Assembly: GCA_031409655.1 (NCBI GenBank)
Contig: JANNXQ010000166.1
Span: 1 to 34,898 of the forward strand
DNA length: 34,898 nt
Reading direction: 5' to 3'
Source of the DNA: Chthoniobacteraceae bacterium
GTDB lineage: Bacteria; Verrucomicrobiota; Verrucomicrobiia; Chthoniobacterales; Chthoniobacteraceae
In this document: one piece after another, positions 15,433-23,169 of the stretch
Layout of the letters: every line of letters starts with the position of its first letter
How positions within the stretch are numbered: position 1 is the first letter of the stretch
Made by a program: the position numbers and the translations under genes
The notes under the pieces: model-generated
The model's input: the letters and a program-made list of their open reading frames with translations, nothing else
Database searches by the model: none
What the model was told of the DNA's origin: nothing

Positions 15433-17518
15433 GGGTGGAGGGATGAGCGAGCGCTTTCAGCTCGCGGAGTTGGGCCTCGGCCGAGCGGCGGCCGAGTTCG
15501 ATGTACTTTTTCGGATGCGTGAAGTCGTGCCAGGTGGCGTCGCCCGTGATCGGGCGCAGGACGACGTCCGCTTCGCGCGCGGAAGCTTCCGCCACGCGAG
15601 TCTGCGCACCGCTCACCGCCTTCATCATGATGTCGATGACGTTGCCGTTCGCGAGGTAGTTCACGTGCTGATTCACGATGCTCGCGATCGACCGGCGCCG
15701 GGGCCGGTGTGCCTCCTTCTCGCGCCGCGCGTCGAACCACTGGCGGATGCGCTCCGGCGGCGGGATGACGTTTACGGCGATGATGCGCTCGATGCCCATC
15801 TCCTGCAGCACATCGACCGGGAGCGGATCGGCGATGCCGCCGTCCACATACGTCTCACCGTCGATGGTGACCGGCACGACCACGCCTGGGATGGCGATGC
15901 TGGCCTGGACGGCGGTGGCGATTTCCCCGGTGGAAAAGACCACCCGCTCGAGCGTATCGAGATGCGTGGCGAGGACGCGGAGCGGGCGCACCGTCTCGGA
16001 GAAATGCATGTGCCCAATCGTGTGCCGGAGCCGCCCGATGGTCCGATGCGTGCGAAAGAATCCGCGACGCGGCGGGAACGATGGGTCGATGAGCGAGAGC
16101 AGACCCCAGCGGCCTTCGTGCGCTCGCGCGACTTTCTCCAGCACCGCGCCATCGAAGCCGCAGGCCCAGATCGCGCCGACATACGCGCCCATGCTGGTGC
16201 CGGTGATGCAATCCACCTCAATGCCATTTTCCTCGAGCATCTGGATCACGCCGATGTGCGCGAGCCCCTTCGCCCCGCCGGAGGAAAGTGCCAGCCCCAC
16301 CCGGCAGCGGGCGATCTCACGGGCGAGCCGATGGATGTGCAAGAGCGCCCGCTGATCCGGCCACGACGGCGCATCCACGACGGGGAAGCCGCGCACGATG
16401 GAATGCACCGGATGCCCGAGCTGCTTGAGCGCGATGTGCGTCTCTGGTGGCGCGACCGATTCCTCGACAAAAAGGATCGGCTTCACATGCGCGCAGACCC
16501 CGTGCGCCTGATCGCAGAGCTGCTTCGTCAGGAGCTGGAAGTCGTAAAGATTCTGCGCACTCGCATCCATGAGCACGAAGGCGAGATCGCTCTCGATGGT
16601 GCAGGCGAGGGCGGCGGGCACTGGCACCTCGTGGGTGATTTCGAGCAGCACGAAATCGTAGTGCCGCCCGCAGTGGCTGAGCAGACGGGCCATGGCCGCG
16701 ACGTCGCGCCCTTCCGCCCCGACGGCCAGCCGCAGGGTGTCGAAGGCTTCGCTCTGGCGGAGTTGTCGGGTGAAGAAAAACTCGCCGTTGAAATTGGCCG
16801 TCGTTTGCACCCAGTCATGCACGAGGTCCGGCTCTTCCCGCGAGCCGAGATGCACGAGGAGAACGCGTTGCCCCGCGATGCGATGCAGCGCAGTGGCCAG
16901 TTGCCGGATCACCGTCTCCGAATCCAGGCGCTGCGCGATGGGCAGGAAGGACACGACGCGACGCACCCGTGAGGTCCGTCCCGCGACGCGATGACTATGG
17001 GCGCCTGGCCTTGCGGTGACCGCATGGGCAAAGCGTCCCGCCAGCCTCGCGTCTTTCGCAAAGAGCCCCTGCAACTCCGCGCCGGGAATCCGCAAGAGCA
17101 CACAATGCGTGACCACCAGTGCCGTCGAGCGATGTGGCTCGCGATTGAGGAACGCGCGCTCGCCGAGGGTGTCGCCGGGATTGAAGACCTCCTCGACGGT
17201 GTCGCCGTCGCGGGTGTGGTGTTGCGATTCACAGCGCCCGCTCACGATCAGGTAGATGTCGTCGCACGGATCGCCCTCGCGGAAAATCACCGTGCCCTTC
17301 GGATACTCCGCCAGATCCGGCCCCGAGAGGAGCCGCGCGAGGGTGCTTTTCGGCAGCAACGCGAGGAGCGGGTGCGGCTGGAGCGCCGCGCTGTCGATGT
17401 CCAAAGCAGTGGCTCCGGCGGGAGATTTCCCCTTCGGAGCAAGCCCTCTTTCTTTTCCCGACTCCGCAGAGCCAATCATCGCCGGCTGAGGCGTTCTTAA
17501 TTTTAGCCAGCCAAACAT
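15377..17518 (-). CDS. cNMP-binding domain + degenerate MinD/ParA-like domain + patatin-like phospholipase
   Basis: IFREGDPCDDIYLIVSG...GDTLGE (cNMP fold); patatin LALSSGGAKGLAHIGV, GTSMG and DGG motifs. Confidence 0.85.
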   Translation of the reverse strand: MFGWLKLRTPQPAMIGSAESGKERGLAPKGKSPAGATALDIDSAALQPHPLLALLPKSTLARLLSGPDLAEYPKGTVIFREGDPCDDIYLIVSGRCESQHHTRDGDTVEEVFNPGDTLGERAFLNREPHRSTALVVTHCVLLRIPGAELQGLFAKDARLAGRFAHAVTARPGAHSHRVAGRTSRVRRVVSFLPIAQRLDSETVIRQLATALHRIAGQRVLLVHLGSREEPDLVHDWVQTTANFNGEFFFTRQLRQSEAFDTLRLAVGAEGRDVAAMARLLSHCGRHYDFVLLEITHEVPVPAALACTIESDLAFVLMDASAQNLYDFQLLTKQLCDQAHGVCAHVKPILFVEESVAPPETHIALKQLGHPVHSIVRGFPVVDAPSWPDQRALLHIHRLAREIARCRVGLALSSGGAKGLAHIGVIQMLEENGIEVDCITGTSMGAYVGAIWACGFDGAVLEKVARAHEGRWGLLSLIDPSFPPRRGFFRTHRTIGRLRHTIGHMHFSETVRPLRVLATHLDTLERVVFSTGEIATAVQASIAIPGVVVPVTIDGETYVDGGIADPLPVDVLQEMGIERIIAVNVIPPPERIRQWFDARREKEAHRPRRRSIASIVNQHVNYLANGNVIDIMMKAVSGAQTRVAEASAREADVVLRPITGDATWHDFTHPKKYIELGRRSAEAQLRELKALAHPSTHDSTSSSHSVADRAAVPA

Positions 17519-17567
17519 GATGCTTCCTTATAGCACCTGCGGTGCCGGGCTGCCAACCAGACCGGCG

Positions 17568-18596
17568 CTAAACCACAGTATTTACGGGCTTTCCCGCGAT
17601 GAAGGCGCGGATGTTTTCCGCCGTTGTCTCCAGCAGGCGCTGAAAGGCCTCGACGCTGTTGAAGGCGACATGCGGGGTGAAAACGACGTTTGGCTGCGAG
17701 AGGATCGCGTCTCCGAGCATCACTTCCTGCAAGGCCGCGAGGCGTTCGGCGTCGGGCGCTTCCCGCTTGTTCCCGTCGGCTTGCAACTTCGCCACGATCT
17801 CCCCGGCGATGATCGCGGAGGCGGGAGCGCGCATGATGCGCTCGTCTTCCAGCACATCGAGTCCGGCGCCGCCGACCTGGCCGGAATCGAGCGCCTCCCG
17901 CAGTGCGGCGGTATCGACGAGTCCGCCGCGCGCTGTGTTGAGGATGAGCACGCCGTGGGGGCATTTGGCGAGCGATTCGCGGTTGATGAGGTGCCGTGTC
18001 GCGTCTGTCAGCGGGGTGTGCAGCGAGACGATCTGAGAGCGGGCGAAAAGTTCATCCAAGGCGACAAATTTCATCCCGGGCTCGGGCTCCGAGGTCGCCA
18101 CGTCGGAGGCGAGCACTTCCATCCGGAAGGCCACCGCCAGTGCCGCGACCCTGCGCCCGATGTGGCCGGCGCCGATGATGCCGAGCGTTTTCCCGCTGAG
18201 ATCGAAACCGCGGACGGCCTCGTAAGAAAACTTGCCGCGCGTGGGCGTGAGCATCGTCTCGCGGAGTCGACGGGAGAGGGCGAGCAGGAGGGCAAAGGTG
18301 TGCTCGGCCACCGTAGTGTCGCCGTAGGCCGGCACGTGGCAGACGGTCACGCCGCGGGCGCGACACGCCGCGACGTCGAGATGGTCGGTGGCCGTGGAGC
18401 GGGTGGTGAAAAGGCGCAACGCCGGGTGACTTTCGAGGAAGGACTTCGTGATCGCCGACTCGATAAAGCCGGAGACGATCTCCGCATCCGCTTCCACGTC
18501 GTCGAGCTTCGGGACGAAGCGCACCTCGTGTTCGGGAAATTGTTCGGCGAAGAATTGCTGCCCAGGCGTCTCGGTCTCGGTGAAGTAGATGATCAC
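17568..18596 (-). CDS. D-isomer-specific 2-hydroxyacid dehydrogenase (D-lactate dehydrogenase-like)
   Basis: VPAYG..TVAEH, GIIGAGHIG, NTARG, LDVLEDE and TPHVAFNS; GTG start. Confidence 0.88.
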   Translation of the reverse strand: MIIYFTETETPGQQFFAEQFPEHEVRFVPKLDDVEADAEIVSGFIESAITKSFLESHPALRLFTTRSTATDHLDVAACRARGVTVCHVPAYGDTTVAEHTFALLLALSRRLRETMLTPTRGKFSYEAVRGFDLSGKTLGIIGAGHIGRRVAALAVAFRMEVLASDVATSEPEPGMKFVALDELFARSQIVSLHTPLTDATRHLINRESLAKCPHGVLILNTARGGLVDTAALREALDSGQVGGAGLDVLEDERIMRAPASAIIAGEIVAKLQADGNKREAPDAERLAALQEVMLGDAILSQPNVVFTPHVAFNSVEAFQRLLETTAENIRAFIAGKPVNTVV

Positions 18597-18723
18597 AGCG
18601 GGCGAGCATAGCCACAGTCCGCGGCGCGACCATCCTGCTCTTGTGCAAGGTCATGCCGATCTTGGCTTCCGGGCATTCGCTGGATGACAAGCCGCCGCCC
18701 CGATGCGAACAAAACAGACATCC

Positions 18724-20733
18724 ATGCACCTGCCCGACGAAACCACCGCCGCTCCGCTTGCCGGGCTCCCGCGCGTGGCGGCCTGTGGCGGAGCCCGCGA
18801 AGATCACGATCACGACGACCACGACCACGACCACGATGAAGGAGAGTGGAAAGGACAGCTCCTCGCCAGCGGCCTGTGCGCGGCCTTCGGCATCGCGGGC
18901 TGGCTCGCTGGCGGGAATCTGCCGCTCTTCCTGCTCGCCTATCTCGCGGGCAGTTGGTTCACCGCGCAGGAGACTTGGGAAAAGCTCCGCGAGCGCGAGG
19001 TCGATGTGCACTTCCTCATGCTCGCTGTCGCGGCCGGCGCGGCGGCCATTGGTGCCTGGGGCGAAGGCACGGTGCTGCTCTTCCTCTTCTCCTTCTCCGG
19101 CGCGCTCGAGCACTACGCGATGGAGCGCACGCAGAAGGAGATCCGCTCGCTCTTCAACTCCGCGCCGAAGACCGCGACGGTGCTCGGCTCCGGGGGCGCG
19201 GAAAGCACGCTGCCGGTCGATGCGCTCACCGTCGGCCTGCGGCTCTTGATCAAGCCCGGCGAGCTTTTCCCCGTCGATGCCGAGGTGGTGAAAGGCGAGA
19301 CCGCGGCAGATGAATCGAACCTCACCGGCGAGGCCGTGCCGGTGGATAAATTCGTCGGCGACACTGTGCTCGCCGGGACGCTGAATCAGTGGGGCGCGGT
19401 CGAGGCCGCGGTGCTGCGGCCCGCGCAGCAGAGTGCGCTGCAAAAGATCATCCACCTCATCCAGACCGCGCAGCGCAACAAGGCCCCGTCCCAGCGCTTC
19501 ACGGATAAATTCGGCACGCGCTACACCTACGCCATCCTCGCGCTGGCCGTCGTGATGTTCTTCGTCTGGTGGCTCGGGCTCGGGCACGCGCCCTTCGCTT
19601 CCACGCACGGCGAGCCGAGCGCTTTCTATCACGCGATGACGCTGCTCGTCGTCGCGTCGCCGTGCGCGCTGGTGCTCTCCATTCCTTCGGCGATCCTCGC
19701 CGCCATCGCGTGGGGTGCAAAGCGCGGCATCCTTTTCCGCGGCGGCGCGGCCGTCGAAGAACTCGCCGAAATCAATATCGTCGCGATGGACAAAACGGGC
19801 ACGCTCACCACCGGCGATCTGCGCGTGGAGAAGGTCGAGAGTTACCCGCCCGGACATGAGGAGGAGATTCTGCGCACCGCCTATTCGCTCGATCGGCAAT
19901 CGAATCATCCGCTTGCCCGCGCCATCGTCCGCCATGCGAAGAAGCGGGGCGTCACGCTGGAGGAGGTCACGGACTTCGAGCAAGTCTCCGGGCAGGGCAG
20001 CCAGGGGCGGATCGGCGGGAAAGCGGTGCGGCTCGGACGGCGGACTTGGGCCCAAGACCCGGCGCACGAGTCGTGTGCGGCGCTGGCGCTGCCGGAGACC
20101 ATCGGCGTCTCCGAAGTGTGGGTCTCCGGCACCGGCGCGTGCGGTCGCGTCTTGCTCAAAGACGACGTGCGCCCCGAATCCCGCGCCCTCATCGAGCAAC
20201 TCCGCCAGCGCGGCCTGCGCACGGTCGTGCTCACCGGCGACAAACAAACCGCCGCCGACCGCCTCCGCACCGAGCTGGGCCTCGACGATGTGCGCGGCGG
20301 ATTGAAGCCCGAGGAAAAACTTACCGTCATCCAGGACCTCGCCAAATCCGGCCAGAACGTCGCCATGATCGGCGACGGCGTGAACGACGCCCCGAGCATC
20401 GCCGCCGCGCACGTCGGCGTGGCCATGGGCGCGCGCGGCAGCGACGCCGCGCTCGAGCAGGCCGAAGTCGTCCAGATGCACGACCGCCTCGAAAATTTCC
20501 TCGCCGCCTACGAACTCAGCCGCCGCGCGCGCACGATCATCCGCCAGAACCTCGCCATCTCCCTCGGCGTTATCGCCGTGCTCGTGACCCTCGCCTTATT
20601 CCAGCGCATCCCACTCACCGTCGGCGTCTCCGGCCACGAAGGCAGCACGCTGCTCGTCGTGCTGAACAGTCTGCGGCTGCTCTTCCTGGGAGCGCCGCCG
20701 TCCCCGTGCGGCAATTCAAAGTCGCGCGCGTAG
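18724..20733 (+). CDS. Heavy-metal-translocating P1B-type ATPase (P1B-4 subtype; Co/Zn/Cd/Fe candidates)
   Basis: His/Asp-rich N-terminus, LTGE, VASPCAL, DKTGTLT, HP, GDGVNDAP and HEGSTLLV. Alternative start at 18703. Confidence 0.92.
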   Translation: MHLPDETTAAPLAGLPRVAACGGAREDHDHDDHDHDHDEGEWKGQLLASGLCAAFGIAGWLAGGNLPLFLLAYLAGSWFTAQETWEKLREREVDVHFLMLAVAAGAAAIGAWGEGTVLLFLFSFSGALEHYAMERTQKEIRSLFNSAPKTATVLGSGGAESTLPVDALTVGLRLLIKPGELFPVDAEVVKGETAADESNLTGEAVPVDKFVGDTVLAGTLNQWGAVEAAVLRPAQQSALQKIIHLIQTAQRNKAPSQRFTDKFGTRYTYAILALAVVMFFVWWLGLGHAPFASTHGEPSAFYHAMTLLVVASPCALVLSIPSAILAAIAWGAKRGILFRGGAAVEELAEINIVAMDKTGTLTTGDLRVEKVESYPPGHEEEILRTAYSLDRQSNHPLARAIVRHAKKRGVTLEEVTDFEQVSGQGSQGRIGGKAVRLGRRTWAQDPAHESCAALALPETIGVSEVWVSGTGACGRVLLKDDVRPESRALIEQLRQRGLRTVVLTGDKQTAADRLRTELGLDDVRGGLKPEEKLTVIQDLAKSGQNVAMIGDGVNDAPSIAAAHVGVAMGARGSDAALEQAEVVQMHDRLENFLAAYELSRRARTIIRQNLAISLGVIAVLVTLALFQRIPLTVGVSGHEGSTLLVVLNSLRLLFLGAPPSPCGNSKSRA

Positions 20734-20816
20734 CGCCACGCCATCCGAGCGCGGCGAGAGAGTGCCGCTGCGCGGTTGATCGTGGATTGCCGCACGGGGA
20801 CGGCGGCGCTCCCAGG
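20685..20816. repeat. Perfect 31-bp inverted repeat (REP/MITE-like element, possible bidirectional terminator)
   Basis: CCTGGGAGCGCCGCCGTCCCCGTGCGGCAAT (20685-20715) and its exact reverse complement (20786-20816), with a 70-bp spacer. Confidence 0.9.
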
Positions 20817-20817
20817 C

Positions 20818-23169
20818 TCACAGCGCCTTCACGAGGATCCACGTCTCCGCGGTGCGACCGGTGGCGGCGTCGCGGACGGTGAGACGATGTTCGCCTTCGC
20901 GCAGAAGGGCCATCGGCTTGCCGTCGATGATGCGACACTCCACGGAATCGCTCCGCCAGGTGAGTGGGCCAATGCCTTGCGCGGTCAGAGGCACGCGCCC
21001 GCTCGACGGAAGATCGGGGTCGAGCAGGTAGGTCGTGCCCGGGAGCGGGGAGACGAGGCGGAGTTCGGGCGCGTTTCGTTCCACGGAAGCTTTCGCGGTG
21101 AGCGCGGCTTCGTTGCTTTGGCTCCAGGCGAGATATTCCGGGCCGAGCTTCACGCGACCATCGGCGTCGTAGTCGTCGGGGGATTCGAGCGGCGGCAGTT
21201 GGTCGCGGAGAAATTTTTCGCTCACCGTATCGGGGCGCGGCTCCGCGACGAGATGGCCGCTGAGTGGTTGCACCTGTCGCTCGACGATCTGCGGCGGAGT
21301 CGAAAACCACGTCGTGCCGAACTTCACGTGCAGATGCTCGAAGACATCGTGGAGGATCGGCGCGGCTCCGGTGACCCCGGAGACCTCGCGCATCGTCGTG
21401 CCGTCGAAATTTCCCACCCACACTCCGACGGTGAACTCGGGCGTGTAGCCGATGGCCCAATTGTCCCGGTAGTCCGAGCTCGTCCCCGTCTTGCACGCCA
21501 CCGGAAAATCGAAGCGCAGCGCCGAGTGCAGCCCAAAGGTGCGCGCCCGCGCCGCCGGATCGCAGAGGATGTCCGCGATGAGCCAAGCCGCGTCCGGCGT
21601 GCGCGCTCCGTCCATTCGATGTTCGATGTTCGATGTTCGACGTTCGACGTTCTCCGCCCTCACCCGCCAAGGCCTCCACTCCCCCATCCGCGCCAGCGTT
21701 GCATAGGCATTGGTGAGTTCGAGCAGGCGCACCTCCGCATTCCCGATGGTGAGCCCGAGCCCGTATTCGTGCGCGGGCTTTTCGAGCGTCGTGAGGCCCC
21801 ACGCGCGCAGCCGATCCCGCAGCGCCGCCGGCCCGCCATTGGCCGCGAGCACGCGCACCGCCGGGATGTTCAGCGAATTCGCGAGCGCATCCCGGTAGCT
21901 CACGGGACCGGAGCAGTGGCGGTCGTAATTCTCCGGACAGAAGATGCCCGTCGGCGTCGGAAAAGTGACGGGGACATCGACGACGACCGTGGCGGGCGTG
22001 CCGTCGCGTTCGAGCGCGAGCAGGTAGGTGAAAGGCTTGAGCGTCGAACCCGCGGAGCGCGGGGCGAGCGCGCCATTCACCTGGCCGGTGCCGGGCGCGA
22101 AATAATTCTCCGAGCCCACGAGCGCGAGGACGTCGCCGGTCGCGTTGTCGAGGACGACGGCGGCGTCGTTGCGCACATTCTTCCGGCGCAATGCAGCGAG
22201 CCGCGTGCGCACCGAGTCTTCGACCGTGCGATTCAGTGCGAGGTCCAGCGTGGTGCGCAACGTAGGACGGGCTTCCAGCCCGTCTTCTCGTGGGCCACCC
22301 GCAGACCTGCCGCGATGGGCTGGAAGCCCATCCCACATTATTTCGCCCAGCACGAGATCGACGAAGTGCGGCGCGTGGAAAAGCCGGCGTGGCGGCTGAA
22401 GATGCAACGCCTCCGCAATGGCGCGCCCGCTTTGCTCCGCAGTGAGCCAGCCCGCTTGGTGCATTCGGTGGAGCACGGTTTCCTGCCGGCGTTTGGCGGC
22501 TTTGAAGGACTTGTGCGGATTGAGCCGCGTCGGGTTCTTCGGAAGTCCCGCGATGAAGGCGGCCTCCGCGTCGCTGAGATCGGCGAGGGGTTTGGCGAAG
22601 TAGTAGTTCGCCGCCGCCGCGACGCCGATGTTCAGATTTCCGAAGTCGAGCCGGTTGAGATACGCGGCGAGGATTTGCTCCTTCGTCCAGAGTTGCTCCA
22701 GGCGCAGCGCTGTCACCGCTTCGATGGCCTTGGTCTTAAGCGTGCGCGGCCGCGGTTCCGCGATCTTCACGAGCTGCTGTGTGATGGTGGATGCTCCCGA
22801 AGTCACCCGCCGCCGCCGCACATTCTCCACCACCGCCCGCGACAGCGCCCGCACGTCCACGCCGGGATGGTCGAAGAAACGCTTGTCCTCCGCAGCCAGC
22901 ATCGCGCGGACGAGGTTCTGCGGGATTTGTGCGAGCGGGACTTCGCGAGAGAAGCGCTCGGCAATGCGGGTCTCGCGGAGCGGCGCGCCGTGACGGTCGG
23001 TGAATTCGAGGCTCTGGATCGGCGGACGGAGCAGCGCGAGCGGGATCGGCACGAGCTTGAGTGCGAGCCACCCGGCGAGGGCGGCGGGCACAAGGAGTAG
23101 GGACGCCCTCGTCCCGAGTCTCAACCACGGGGCGAGGGCGCCCCTCCTCCTTGGTGCGCCCTCCTTCAC
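20818..23169 (-). CDS. pbpC: Penicillin-binding protein 1C (transglycosylase/transpeptidase)
   Basis: EDKRFFDHPGVD, SGASTITQQLVK, STLK (SxxK), SLN and KTGT; directly downstream of alpha-2-macroglobulin with GTGA overlap. Confidence 0.92.
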   Translation of the reverse strand: MKEGAPRRRGALAPWLRLGTRASLLLVPAALAGWLALKLVPIPLALLRPPIQSLEFTDRHGAPLRETRIAERFSREVPLAQIPQNLVRAMLAAEDKRFFDHPGVDVRALSRAVVENVRRRRVTSGASTITQQLVKIAEPRPRTLKTKAIEAVTALRLEQLWTKEQILAAYLNRLDFGNLNIGVAAAANYYFAKPLADLSDAEAAFIAGLPKNPTRLNPHKSFKAAKRRQETVLHRMHQAGWLTAEQSGRAIAEALHLQPPRRLFHAPHFVDLVLGEIMWDGLPAHRGRSAGGPREDGLEARPTLRTTLDLALNRTVEDSVRTRLAALRRKNVRNDAAVVLDNATGDVLALVGSENYFAPGTGQVNGALAPRSAGSTLKPFTYLLALERDGTPATVVVDVPVTFPTPTGIFCPENYDRHCSGPVSYRDALANSLNIPAVRVLAANGGPAALRDRLRAWGLTTLEKPAHEYGLGLTIGNAEVRLLELTNAYATLARMGEWRPWRVRAENVERRTSNIEHRMDGARTPDAAWLIADILCDPAARARTFGLHSALRFDFPVACKTGTSSDYRDNWAIGYTPEFTVGVWVGNFDGTTMREVSGVTGAAPILHDVFEHLHVKFGTTWFSTPPQIVERQVQPLSGHLVAEPRPDTVSEKFLRDQLPPLESPDDYDADGRVKLGPEYLAWSQSNEAALTAKASVERNAPELRLVSPLPGTTYLLDPDLPSSGRVPLTAQGIGPLTWRSDSVECRIIDGKPMALLREGEHRLTVRDAATGRTAETWILVKAL
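21615..21652. repeat. Heptamer tandem array inside pbpC: (TTCGATG)3(TTCGACG)2TTC
   Basis: Read directly; encodes ENVERRTSNIEHR on the coding strand. Confidence 0.9.
22262..22336. repeat. Inverted pair of GTAG/GTGG-type REP-like palindromes lying in-frame in pbpC
   Basis: GTAGGACGGGCTTCCAGCCCGTC (22262-22284) and the reverse complement of GTGGGATGGGCTTCCAGCCCATC (22314-22336); 75 bp in total. Confidence 0.88.
23091..23153. repeat. Inverted pair of REP-like palindromes in the pbpC 5' region
   Basis: CAAGGAGTAGGGACGCCCTCGTCCCG (23091-23116) and the reverse complement of CAAGGAGGAGGGGCGCCCTCGCCCCG (23128-23153); 63 bp. Confidence 0.85.

Noticed and set aside
17398..17470. Possible repeat relic in the low-complexity patatin N-terminus
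   Set aside because: No clear inverted partner or second copy in the window.
7832..17518. CBASS/Pycsar-type anti-phage system (cyclase + patatin effector)
   Set aside because: The cyclase has ATP-type specificity residues and an FHA domain, there is no CD-NTase, and the patatin is coupled to metabolic genes on the opposite strand with no defence-island context.
18802..18837. GACCAC/GATCAC hexamer run as a mobile repeat
   Set aside because: It encodes the His/Asp metal-binding tract (DHDHDDHDHDHD) typical of P1B ATPases.
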